This document shows, piece after piece, positions 11,212 through 22,366 of a stretch of 36,275 bases of DNA; position 1 is the first letter of the stretch, and the number at the start of each line of letters is the position of its first letter. The notes beneath the pieces were generated by a model. The model saw only the letters and a program-made list of their open reading frames with translations, was not told where the DNA came from and did not search any database. The translations under genes and the position numbers were made by a program. Origin of the DNA: Octopus bimaculoides (taxonomy: Eukaryota). Where the stretch lies: NCBI RefSeq assembly GCF_001194135.2, contig NC_068983.1:68792740-68829014 (forward strand), written 5' to 3'.

Positions 11212-12588
11212 AATTTGTGTTTGTACATATGTGTGCATGTTAGTATTTATGTACGTGCTTGTTCGTGTTGATGAGTATGTTCGTATATAAGATATGTGAG
11301 TCTATATGTTTGTGTGAGTGTGTATGTGTGTGTGTCTGTGTGTTTGTATGTGTGTAGCTACGTGTGTATGTGTGTAGGTACGTCTGTGTGTAGTGTGTGT
11401 GTCTGTGTGTGTTTATATCTGTGTTTGTAGCTGTGGCTGTATGCTCGTTATGTACGTGCTTGTTCGAGTTGAAGAGTATGTTCGCATATAGGATGAGTTC
11501 ATCTGTTTGTTTGTGTGTGCGTTTGTTTACGTGTATGCGTTTGTTTGTGTCTCTGCGTGTAGTGTATTTGTATATCTGTGTTTATGGATGTGGATGTATA
11601 TTTGTAGACGCGTATGTGCTTGTTCATGTAGAAGAATATGAGCTCATTTAAGAAATACGTGTTTATTTGTATGCATAGAATGTGTGTGTGTATGTGTGTG
11701 TGTAGCATGTGTAACTGCGTGTGTAGCATGTGTAGCTGTGTGTCTGTGTATCTGTAGTGTGTGTGTATCCGTAGTGTGTGAACATATTTCAGTTTGTAGG
11801 TGTAGTTCTATATTTGTAGATGTGTACGTGCTTGTTCGTATAGAAGGTTATGTCCGCATATAAGTCGATATGTGTGTTTGTTTTGTTTGTGTGCGTGTGT
11901 GGATGTCCGTGGGTGTGTGCGTGTGTTTGTGTCGAGGTATGTGTGCATGTTCGAATATCTATAGATATATGTGTGTGTTTGTCTATGGATGTATATGTGT
12001 ATATGTGTTTCTATAAATGTACATGTGTGGACGTGTGTGTGTGTGTGTATATGTGTGCGTATATGCGTTTCTCTGTAGATATGCTTTTATATCAGTAGAT
12101 TTGTGTATATGCATGTGTATTTGTGTAAATGTGTGCGTATGTGTTTGTAGACGTGTGTGAATGTGTATAGATGTGTGCATGTATTTGTATATGTTTGTGT
12201 AAGTGTGTAGATGTGTGTGTGCATAGATGTGTAACTGTATTTGTATATGTGTATGTGCAGTGCGTAGATGTGTGTATGTGCCTAGATGGGTGTGTATCTG
12301 TGTATAGGAGTGTATGCTTGTGTGTATAGATATATGTATATCTATGTAGAGGTGTATATGTGTATGTCTGCACTGAGCTGTGTGTGTGTGTATGTGTGTA
12401 TGTGTATGTTTGTAGATGTATTTGTGTATCGGCAGATGTGGGTAGATGAGTGCATGTGTTAATATAGAGATGTGTATGCATATGTGTGTGTGTGTGTGTG
12501 TGTATTACTATGTGTAACGTATTTGTGACTAGTTAGCAATACTGACGTAATAGAGTGAGTGTGTGTCGGTGTGTTTCCATAAATATGC

Positions 12589-12619
<31 letters not shown>

Positions 12620-12729
12620 TGTGCGTGCGTGTGTGTATGATGTGTGACGTATAATCTCTATATATAGTTGGTGTGTATCACGTGCATGTTTTTATGCGGA
12701 GTAGTCAGCAATATCGAGAAGGGTGTGAC

Positions 12730-12772
<43 letters not shown>

Positions 12773-12830
12773 GCATGTGTGTGCGTGTGTCTGTGTCTGT
12801 AACTGTGTCAGCTGTGTATGTCATTCTGTG
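7140..12830. repeat. Large compound low-complexity domain (TA/CA/TCTA/CATC; CA-rich to about 10580, GT-rich from about 10920)
   Basis: Direct reading; source of the spurious HT/YI/VC-rich ORFs. Confidence 0.95.
11021..11870. repeat. Cryptic about 200-bp higher-order repeat, 5 units
   Basis: Core atgtacgtgcttgttcgtgttgaagagtatgttcgcatat recurs, diverged, at 11052, 11249, 11450, 11610 and 11822. Confidence 0.8.
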
Positions 12831-12873
12831 TATGGAGGTATCGCAGTCAGTGCGGTATATAGGTGATTGTTTT

Positions 12874-13057
12874 TTGTTGTTTTTAGCCCCAGTTCAACCC
12901 TGATTGATCAGATCCATGATCAAAGTCGTTCCATCAATGCCCACCTCATCTTCTAGATATATATTATGCAATGTGTCTATCCTTTTTTTAAGACTGTAAT
13001 TTGGGGGAGTGTTGACAACTATTTCTAGCATGTCTAATGACCATGCAGAAGCTTCCA
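12874..13057 (-). mobile_element. Interspersed repeat family E (SINE-like)
   Basis: ttgttgtttttagccccag ... tgatcaaag ... ttttaagactg ... ctatttctagca, shared with 15465, 20319 and 35495. Confidence 0.65.
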
Positions 13058-13179
13058 GTTTGGTTCGGAAATTTGGTAGTCATCTCCATTAAGATCTGTG
13101 GGTGCGTGGGATGTCTTGTGATCGATCCTTTTAAGCCACCAAATGTTGCAGAATCCGGGCTTAAACACCAGCGACACTT

Positions 13180-13298
13180 AATAGCAGCGAAATAACAGAA
13201 TCATTACAAAAACCTGTGGTATTTCTTCTGGATCTCTGTGCTTTGGGTTCAAATTTCGCCGATGGCAATTTTGCCTTTCACCCTTTCGGAGTCGATAA
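13180..13298 (+). mobile_element. SINE family C, old copy interrupted by a family B insertion
   Basis: gggttcaaatttcgccga ... ttttgcctttcaccctttcggagtcgataa; resumes after 13681. Confidence 0.7.
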
Positions 13299-13681
13299 TG
13301 TATGGCACTCCGTCGCTTACGACGTCGAGGGTTCCAGTTGATCCGATCAACGGAACAGCCTACTCGTGAAATTAACGTGCAAGTGGCTGAGCACTCCACA
13401 GACACGTGTACCCTTAACGTAGTTCTCGGGGATATTCAGCGTGACACAGTGTGACAAGGCTGACCCTTTGAATTACAGGCACAATAGAAACAGGAAGTAA
13501 GAGTGAGAGAAAGTTGTGGTGGAGGAGTACAGCAGGGTTCGCCACCATCCCCTGCCGGAGCCTCGTGGAGCTTTAGGTGTTTTCGCTCAATAAACACTCA
13601 CAACGCCCGGTCTGGGAATCGAAACCGCGATCCTATGACCGCGAGTCCGCTGCCCTAACCACTGGGCCATTGCGCCTCCAC
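13299..13681 (-). mobile_element. tRNA-derived SINE family B, full length with 12-bp TSD
   Basis: Head TGGAGGCGCAATGGCCCAGTGGTTAGGGCAGCGG ... GGTTTCGATTCCC (A/B boxes); TSD CGGAGTCGATAA at 13287-13298 and 13682-13693. Confidence 0.93.
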
Positions 13682-13978
13682 CGGAGTCGATAAAACAAAG
13701 CATCAAATTCCAAATGTTGGATTGATGGAATTGTTAAAGCAACCGATCAGATCCTTTGAGACCATTCTCAGCTTTTTTCGGTTTCATGCATGACAATTTT
13801 TCCATGGACCAGGGTTTCACACACATGACAAAATACAATAAACAGCATGAAATATTATTCAATTATTACATATATAGCACATGTATAATGCAGAATCACC
13901 CTGTAGAGATCGATAGTCAATAAAATAGAAATGAAATCAAAAAAGTTATTCTTTCTGTGCAGCCTGGTACCAAATGAT

Positions 13979-14192
13979 CTACGATCCAGTACTGGTCCTC
14001 GGCCCAGTATTGGCCTGCGGCTCGGTACTGGATCGTGGCATATTTGGTGGAAGATTTAAATCGTTTCCCAGCTTAACACTACTACGTGGTTTCTCAGGTG
14101 CTTTAGATGGATATTCACTCTGTTGCAAGCATTTGGGCCAGGCTCTCTTCTTCGAGGATAATATCTCATCATACATCCAGTATCGGAAGCTC
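13979..14192 (-). CDS. Candidate terminal coding exon of an unidentified gene (SFRYWMYDEILSSKKRAWPKC...PRSSTEPQANTGPRTSTGS*)
   Basis: Acceptor ttgactttcaattgcttcttttttttctccag|G at 14193/14192; 70 open codons in non-repeat sequence; frame-preserving 18-bp repeats. No homology recognised and no upstream exon identified. Confidence 0.35.
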
Positions 14193-14680
14193 CTGGAGAA
14201 AAAAAAGAAGCAATTGAAAGTCAAGGATATTCTTCTTCCTTTCTTGGCTAAGCAGTAAAAAAAAAAAATACATGGAAATTTCTACGTCCTACTGCGTGGC
14301 AGCTTTGGCAAATGTCATCTACGATAGTTTTAAGCCGACCAAATAAACGAGAGAGAAATGCTTTATTTTATATAACTATTTGATATCAGGGAAATTTTAA
14401 GAAATTAGCTACGATACATTATCGTCCAATCCATGAAGAAGATTTTCTTCTCTCTATTACATAATGTAACAGAAACGTGAGTTATTTAATATTGGCTCTT
14501 CTGTTAATGTTTTCTTCCCTACACCGCAAGCTCAATTCTTTCTAATTTACCCATCCCTACATGCTTTGATTAAGGATTGAGCCAAAATTTTGCTCTTCGC
14601 ACCACTGAGAGACTCTTAAGTAATCAAAAAACAATTAAATTGCTTATTACACTAAGTATGACTTAACTAATGGAAAAGTG

Positions 14681-14934
14681 AGGGCAATGGCCTAGAGGTT
14701 ACGGGTTTGCACTTCCGATCGCGAGAGGTTCCTGGACCAGGTGATGCGTTGTGTTCTGGAGCAAAACATCTCATCTCACGTTGCTCTGTGATCACTTCCA
14801 CACCTGACATGTGGTACACACTGTACTTTATTCAGGAAACGTTGATTTGATGGCGGGAGTGAGCTAATGTGCACTACAATCATTTGATCACTATAAACAA
14901 ATCATTTGTGAAAGTTGTTCAGTAAGAAATTACA
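14681..14934 (+). mobile_element. tRNA-derived SINE family D
   Basis: A-box-like ggcaatggcctagaggtt, then gtgttctggagcaaaacatctcatctcacgttgctc and tail gatcactataaacaaatcatttgtg. Single copy here; the SINE call rests on the head and recalled similarity. Confidence 0.6.
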
Positions 14935-15464
14935 GTTTTTCTCAGACTACGAAAGACTGCCATCATCGACATTGCAGATGGAGCCCCTAAGTAATTTCCC
15001 TCGGTTATTATGTTATGATTTTACGCCAACACATGTACATTATTGTACATCAAAATAGTTTTTCTCTGTTTACTTGTCTGGCAAGCTCGGAAAAATATAT
15101 GACTCGCTGGAAAGGTCCAATAAGACCGAGACATGTCTTGTATTGTTACCGTGAAGATTGTGTGCTACTGTTCTCTCACAGCACGCGTAAATCTAATTTT
15201 AATTAAATAATAATACAGAGTTGTCACTTCTACCTGTTTTTTAAAGCTTAGGAACTGATCTATAGTTTCCCTCTTGGTAATGCTGAGAGTTTTAATGTTT
15301 TAATTAATTAAAGTTGTCGTGTTCTCTACTTTAGATATCTTAGCACTGACTTTACTGTTCTAAAAGGACAAAGGAGATCGATATGTTTAATGTTCGGTTT
15401 GAACTTCTATAGACCAACGCTTTTAGAAAAAGAAAAAAAGGATAAAAATTGGAGTAGAGAGCCA

Positions 15465-15625
15465 TTGAGGGAGTTTATGTGACCACTCGATTTTCTAGAA
15501 ACATCAGTCAAATCTCCCTCAAATCATACCCTTCTGTCTTAAATAAAGAAGGACAGATTGGATAATATTGTTTCTGAAGACAGGATGATTTTAACTGGAA
15601 CGTCATTGACCATATTGTTAGATCA
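15465..15625 (+). mobile_element. Interspersed repeat family E
   Basis: ctagaaacatcagtcaaatctccctcaaatcatacccttctgtctta, opposite orientation to 12874 and 35495. Confidence 0.6.
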
Positions 15626-15644
15626 TGACTGACTTTACGCTAAG

Positions 15645-15692
<48 letters not shown>

Positions 15693-15924
15693 NNNNNNNN
15701 NNNNNNNNNNNNNNNNNNNNNNNNNNNNNNNNNNNNNNNNNNNNNNNNNNNNNNNNNNNNNNNNNNNNNNNNNNNNNNNNNNNNNNNNNNNNNNNNNNNN
15801 NNNNNNNNNNNNNNNNNNNNNNNNNNNNNNNNNNNNNNNNNNNNNNNNNNNNNNNNNNNNNNNNNNNNNNNNNNNNNNNNNNNNNNNNNNNNNNNNNNNN
15901 NNAAAAAAAAAAAAAAAAAAAAAA
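15645..15924. repeat. (GAAA)/(GA)n, gap, poly(A)
   Basis: Direct reading. Confidence 0.9.
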
Positions 15925-16789
15925 AGACACGGTATTCAAAGTTTTCCATCACACCAAAGTTTACTGTATAGTCCCAGGTTAACCCTAATCCGGTGAATCT
16001 GTGTCATGTTGTTAGCCCACGGACTGATGTAGCCTACAGACAAAAAGTTTAACTGTATTTCATATAATATTGTCTTAATCTGCTCTACCTAACCATCAGT
16101 ATCGTCTCTGATTCTGAGAAGCAGGAGTTACCACCTGAAATGGCTAATGGACGATGAATCTCCTGTTTAGATTTCAAAGACATTAAGGAATTGATAGCGT
16201 TTTCCGAGTACACTAAATGCCAAATCTGCTGCAGCGTATGGTTTATTATCAGTATAAACAATCAAAGTGAGGAAACATCTTTCTACCTTCGCAGAAGCTG
16301 AATGAGGTGCAGCTAAGTAGAAATCTATCTTCTTCGGTTGTTGGATCCGCATATTCTATCTTAGTCGGTTATTATTTGAGAACTGCTTTCGAACAATACT
16401 GGAAAAAAATTTCTTATAGAATTAGTTAAAAAAAAAAAAAAGATAAAAAAAAAAAAGAAAACCGTTGAAAAACAGTTTATAGCAGAGACTCCAGCTAAGA
16501 AGATCTGAATAAGGAATTGTAATTCCGAAATATCATCGAACTATAGATAACCAAATTACAACAGGTATATAGTCCATTTTTTGTTCTATAGTGCATTGTT
16601 GTACCATTCTAAAACTTATTCTTTACAAAAAAATAAAGTTAAGTACTTGTCTTTCAGCGTGAGCGGTGCTCCTTTAACTGGGTTAGCAGTCACCAACAGT
16701 TTCAGGAGCGTTAGGAATATGTGAAATAAATATCTGTCTGGTTAGGTTGTCAGTCTATTACTGGCAACATTCTCACAGTACCAGATTAA

Positions 16790-17270
16790 ATCAGCACCGA
16801 AAACCATGACTTGCAAATTCTTACAGTTCCATTTTTGCTCTTCTATGTGGTACCCTTTTCATTTTTACTCTTGAGTTGCTCTATTGAGAGTGAAATGTCT
16901 TCGCAATAGACCCAGTAAATTGACGTCATCAGGATACAGGCCACTGAATCCACTATCAGCTTGCATAGGTCAACCAATCAATTTGCAGTTCAATTTGCTG
17001 ATCAATTTGCAAATATAATTTACAAATCGGATATGTCTGTCCTTAGACACAGGAAAAAATAATATAAATATCTGTCAAATCATTTTGCTTGTCACGACAT
17101 GTGTTCGAGTGTAACACTTTTAATAATCTCCACTGTGGAACGAAATCAAAGACATAATCGAAATCGTTAACAATATTACGGAAATCTATAGATTTAGGCA
17201 TCAAAATAAATGCAAGATAATTTATAAACTGTAGAAATTCCACAGGTCTCGCTAGTACAAACAAAGACTT
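16790..17270 (-). pseudogene. Degraded CR1/L2-like reverse transcriptase relic
   Basis: DFDYVFDFVPQWRLLKVL (cf. DFSKAFD.VPH.RLL.KL), then YPDD at 16936-16925 (YADD), then LQVMVFG about 44 codons later (cf. KCKVMH.G). Correct order, but the first spacing is short and stops are present. Confidence 0.4.
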
Positions 17271-17338
17271 AGTTACGATAAATTCAAAAGAGATTTCTGG
17301 AAAAGATCTAAGGATATACGTTAGGCAAATTAAGTGTA

Positions 17339-18129
17339 CGAGGGGGTACCCAAAAGAAACCGGAATTTTGCCGTATTATTTTATTCATTTAGTTTTACAC
17401 GTTGACACTTTTATCGCCTTCAAAGTGTTCAGACGCATTTCCCACTGTTCGAAGCAGTCCTTGAACTCTTGTGAAGTGACGCCTTTTATTGCCTCCGTCG
17501 GTTTTTTTCTTCTTCACCTCTTCCACATCCTTTAAGGACTTTTTTTCATTCGGGGGAACAAAAATAGGGAGGGTAGGTGAGCGGGGTCATGCGATTTTTG
17601 GTCAAAAACTGTCTCACACTGAAGGCGGTGTGCGCAGGCTCGTTGTCGTAATGAAACCATCACTCTCCACTTTGTCACAGGTCGGGACGTTTTCGTTTCA
17701 CTGCATCTCGCAAACACTTAAGAACTGCCAAATAAAATGTCTAGTTAACAGTTTGATCAGGAGGAATAAATTCTGTGGGCAATTTCTTTCACATCGACTT
17801 CACTTGACGTGCTTTTTGGGGGGCGTAGTGATATTGAATGTATCCATTGACTTGATTGTTGCTTCGTTTCCGCCGTTTTTCCTAGCAGAAAACAGAATTT
17901 CACGGAAGCACGCTGTTCCTTCGTTTCAGCCATCTCAAAAAATCGACGAACAGTGAAGAAGCACTGCAAAACAAAGACGCACCACGTAGCAGTACAACTC
18001 CACCCGACGACGTCGGTCGGCAGACTGATGCCAGAGGGTCGTACTGAGTGGTCTCTGGCGGCAGAAGTCTGAACTACAACGGGCTTGTCCCACAGAGAAC
18101 GTTTCCGGTTACTTTTGGGTACCACCTCG
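17339..18129 (-). mobile_element. Internally deleted mariner element (791 bp) with TIRs and TA TSD
   Basis: TIRs CGAGGGGGTACCCAAAAGAAACCGGAA / TTCCGGTTACTTTTGGGTACCACCTCG; TA at 17337-38 and 18130-31. Minus-strand MAETKEQRASVKFCFLLGKTAET-KQQSSQW (ATG at 17933), QTVN, WFHYDNEPAH, FLFPRMKK. Confidence 0.95.
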
Positions 18130-18890
18130 TAAGCCATACAGAATATGGTGAGCCGAAAATATTTTTTTATTGATTGAAATTTTAACTGTAACGAAAAGAA
18201 GAAAATTACTCTAAAAAAGGGCAAGCGAAAGAATGTCCAAAATTTCACTTGACCAAAACTCAAATGGGAATGTAAAATGAGGAACGAGCCTGGTCTATGG
18301 TAGCTAATGTGACTATACTGGCGTTCCGCGATTTAATATGTCCATCTCACCGAAGCATAGTCATTCCACTTATAGCAACCAACGCCTAAAAACGACTTAG
18401 AGATAAAATTTATTGATGTAAAGACAATCCCTAGATTTGGTGAATTAGAATAAGTGTCTTGTCTAAGGAATATAACATATTGAAAGTGGAAGATGCAAAT
18501 CCCGAATCAATGTAGGAACTTCGAAGGACGTCTCACTATTTTTTTCAGCCACGACAAGTCTTCACATAGTGACTACGGTAGCAATATACAACTAAAATAA
18601 TAAAAAAATATAAAGAACAGAAATAAGCTTAAGGAGACATTAACACTCAGGTCCATGAGAAAATGTTATTAGGAAAAACGAAGTTTCTTTCGAGCGCCCT
18701 TTTCAGAGGTGAACGGGTAGGGAGATAGTCTCCTCCGGTAAAGGTATAAAGGGCAAAATTTCCTCTAGCCAACCACGTCTATTATTTAATGTAATTGTGG
18801 GTACCAAAAGTGTATATTTGCCCCCGGGCACTGAGAACACTTGCTGTGCCTCTGCCCTTCCCGTTTGTAAATACTAGTCTTTAATATATG

Positions 18891-19017
18891 TATGTGGGGG
18901 AATCAGAAAGTAATGTAATTTTTATTTGCATTAATTTTTGATATATTCCTACACACGAGGAGTAAAGCAAAAAGCCATGCAAATAAAAACAGCTTTACTT
19001 TCCGACCTATGCTCGTA
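18891..19017. mobile_element. Tiny mariner-type MITE (about 40-bp TIRs)
   Basis: TATGTGGGGGAATCAGAAAGTAATGTAATTTTTATTTGCAT vs reverse complement of the right end TACGAGCATAGGTCGGAAAGTAAAGCTGTTTTTATTTGCAT; TA at both termini. Confidence 0.55.
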
Positions 19018-19249
19018 AATATTCTCTGAGATCCCAGAAAACCATTGGGGTCAGGATATGATGTACTCCTCGCACTCACTTCCCATAGGGTTCACCATCC
19101 AAATGTCGTCTAAGAAATATGAAGTACATATTAGAGAAAGTGGTCATAGATAATTCTGTACTTCAATGGAAGAGGGGTTGGTCACGGTTGGAACCCATGT
19201 CAGATCTGATCGAGCAGAAACACAGAGGGAAAAGCTAACTCCAACCCTA

Positions 19250-19425
19250 ACAATGACAACACAACACCACCAACACAAGCATCAACATCATTAACACCAC
19301 CAACACCATCGCCATCGCCACTTCCATCAACACCTACCTCTACAAACACCACCACCACCACCAACACCAACACCACCACCAACACCACCACCATCACCAG
19401 CACTACCACCACAAACACCACCACC
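19250..19425. repeat. (CCA/CAA)n degenerate trinucleotide repeat
   Basis: Direct reading. Confidence 0.9.
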
Positions 19426-19795
19426 NNNNNNNNNNNNNNNNNNNNNNNNNNNNNNNNNNNNNNNNNNNNNNNNNNNNNNNNNNNNNNNNNNNNNNNNNNN
19501 NNNNNNNNNNNNNNNNNNNNNNNNNNNNNNNNNNNNNNNNNNNNNNNNNNNNNNNNNNNNNNNNNNNNNNNNNNNNNNNNNNNNNNNNNNNNNNNNNNNN
19601 NNNNNNNNNNNNNNNNNNNNNNNNNNNNNNNNNNNNNNNNNNNNNNNNNNNNNNNNNNNNNNNNNNNNNNNNNNNNNNNNNNNNNNNNNNNNNNNNNNNN
19701 NNNNNNNNNNNNNNNNNNNNNNNNNNNNNNNNNNNNNNNNNNNNNNNNNNNNNNNNNNNNNNNNNNNNNNNNNNNNNNNNNNNNNNNNNNNNNNN

Positions 19796-19845
<50 letters not shown>

Positions 19846-19989
19846 CGTGCGTGTGTACGTGTATGTAATATGTGTGTGTGTGTATGTATCTCTATATGGA
19901 TAAGTTTACATTCATACATATACATACGCCTATACGGACACAAATACACTCTCAGTTTGCGTGCAAAATCCGTATATTAAAATATGTAA

Positions 19990-20030
<41 letters not shown>

Positions 20031-20034
20031 TGTG

Positions 20035-20119
<85 letters not shown>

Positions 20120-20122
20120 ATG
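19796..20122. repeat. (GT)n and (AT)n microsatellites
   Basis: Direct reading. Confidence 0.9.
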
Positions 20123-20318
20123 CATTTGGGTGATGTGTACACAAACATAATTGAAATTGTATGAAACCAGGCGTATCGTATTAACAGAAGCAGTTTATTT
20201 AGTAAATACGAACGCATATACAGACATATTTGTATTTATCATCTGAGAGATCTGTAGCCTTGTGGGTTGTTATGGTATCATTGACGTACTACTGGTCATT
20301 ACGCAGTAATACTAAGGA

Positions 20319-20725
20319 TTGCTGTTGCTTTTTAGCCCCAGGTCATCTCTGTTCTATGACAAACTGCCATGACCACCTCATCGTTTCGTATATCTAGGTT
20401 ACTGTTTGTGAACCGTATTAGCCCTGGTATTTCGAAATTTAATTTCTTTAATAATCTTGTTATTAGAGTGTCAATATTATATAGAGGCGTATTTTAGATT
20501 TAGGTAAATACGTATACATAAGCTTTTTATGACATGATATTGGAGGGGAATATTTGTGCCGAAGCTTATTGCATATCACCTAAAATCTCACTAACCATCA
20601 CTATCCTAAGGGACCACATCGCGCAACCGGTCCTCCTTTTTGTAAGACAGTAGTATGGTTTGATTTAAGGGAAATTTTCCTGTTATTTCTAGCATTTCTG
20701 GCGACCACATAAAGGATCTTTCGTT
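20319..20725 (-). mobile_element. Interspersed repeat family E, interrupted or composite
   Basis: tttagccccaggtca ... ccatgacca at the left and taagacagtag ... tgatttaagggaaattt ... tatttctagca ... cgaccacataaagg at the right. Confidence 0.5.
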
Positions 20726-20737
20726 GGCAAGATTACA

Positions 20738-20973
20738 CATGCAAATCTGTGGTATTGAGCAGAATATTTGTTGTAACGATGTTTCTGCATCAACAACTCA
20801 GCGTTGAATCTGTCTGAAATATAATGGAAAATAGGTCAGTTTCAAAACATTGATGTCCAGGTTACAAAAGCAAAGCTTGAAGGGAATAGTAGTCATTTCC
20901 TTTGATTTCTAGATAGAAGCAAATAGGAAGTAACACTTACTGAACAAAGCCAAAAAAAAAAAAAGAAAAAAAA
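20738..20973 (+). mobile_element. Retroposon family F, 3' part with poly(A) tail
   Basis: About 93% identical by manual alignment to the reverse complement of 22555-22780; A-rich tail 20952-20973. Confidence 0.85.
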
Positions 20974-21195
20974 GGAAATAAAAATATTGTTGCACAGCGT
21001 TATCATCTGCCCGTGATTGGCACAGCCGATCGTTAGGGTGCCATACCCGATTCTCTCTCTAGTAGTCAGCACTGGCTACTGGTCCCTGTTCTTCGTCATA
21101 TGCAAAAGTGTTTCAGTGTTGATACCTGTCTGGCTCCCGAAATTGCGGCAGCAGCATTTTCTTTACTTTTTTTTTTTTTTTTGGCCTTCCTTCAG

Positions 21196-21307
21196 TTGTT
21201 CAGAATGGATTTAGAGAGGGAGCCGTGGTATAGCTGCGGTGCTTGTACACCCACTCCACACAAACCAAAAGCAGGACTCAATAGAAACTATAGTGACCTG
21301 CCTCACG
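21196..21307 (+). CDS. Weak candidate exon (LFRMDLEREPWYSCGACTPTPHKPKAGLNRNYSDLPH)
   Basis: Long polypyrimidine tract ending ggccttccttcag at 21195; 112 nt open in one frame; weak donor CACG|GTTAAG. No recognisable homology. Confidence 0.25.
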
Positions 21308-21774
21308 GTTAAGTCGATGAATTTGGATATTTCTGTATTGTATACCGTGGAGAGAAGAGAAATATGACGTTTCGAAAAAACCGCTTCATTTGAGAGAGAA
21401 AAATGAAAAAATTCTGAGGCGCAGATCCAATTCTGAAAGGTGAGATTTCCTTTCTTCTCATGACATATCAGCTTATCTAAAGACGTGAACTTAACTGTGG
21501 TGCCAATATACAACTACTTTGACTGATCTCTAGTAGTTACTCTAAGGAAGTTTTATGATAACATGATTTTCCATTCCCTTGGCTCTGCAAGTTAAGGAAC
21601 CACTTTTCAAAGCGCCGGTTCTATTTAGGGCAGTGTGTTGTTTGTGGCACCTATACGATGGATTCCCTCCTTGTTTCCAACGATAAGCTTTCAGATATTT
21701 AGTCAATGACATTCAAACACGTGTAATTAACGTGTAAGTGGTTGAGTATTCCAGAGGCCGGAGGTACTACTGGC

Positions 21775-21855
21775 TGGCAAAGATGACCTCGGCTGGTTTC
21801 GAACTCGGAACATAAAGAGCTGGAAGAAATATCGCAAAACGTTTTCTCTGCCAAT
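21775..21855 (-). mobile_element. SINE family C remnant
   Basis: caaagatgacctcggctggtttcgaactcggaac ... gaaatatcgcaaaacgttt. Confidence 0.55.
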
Positions 21856-22366
21856 TGGCCGCATTGGCATCTATATGCCGCTATCTAAATTAGGAATATT
21901 TTAGAGTTAAGCGTAGCGTTGGTGATAAGAACTACTGACCTTATATATATGTGTATATGAAAATAGTCAATAAATTTCGCCACAGCAATTAGTCATCCTT
22001 CACGTGTCACTGATTCAAATCCTGTCATCACCACAACATTGTTACCGTCTCAAAATAGTTCCACATAGGTACAGCATGTGTGGCTGTGAAGTTAAGAAGT
22101 CGTTTTGCAGGTATGCGGATTTAAGTTCCATACTTCTTTAGCAAATTGTCTTTGATCACAACTTCGAGTTGTCCAAAACTTTCGTTGAGAGAAACAGCGA
22201 GGGAGCAGATTCTTGTTTCTGGGTGGCAGACATAATCTGTTGCTCGGATTAGCATCACCAAACTGTCGGTACATGTCTTTAGCGTACGTAGGTGCTATAG
22301 TACTAGAGATAGTTCAACTTAAAGTGTAAATAGATTCCATAGAGTCGTATAAAGCATCGCTGTCAG

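Noticed and set aside
14944-14988. 45-nt AG...GT bounded micro-exon (DYERLPSSTLQMEPL)
   Set aside because: Lies at the tail of SINE D, has a weak donor and no partner exons.
16290-16400. Minus-strand exon after the tttttttccag acceptor
   Set aside because: All three frames hit stops within 14 codons and the donor is weak.
16921-16980. CRE (TGACGTCA) plus CCAAT promoter
   Set aside because: The CRE overlaps the YPDD codons of the putative RT relic; short motifs are expected by chance and there is no other support.
19020-19200. Mariner N-terminal relic next to the MITE
   Set aside because: Only a vague QWKRG..LE resemblance; not enough to call.
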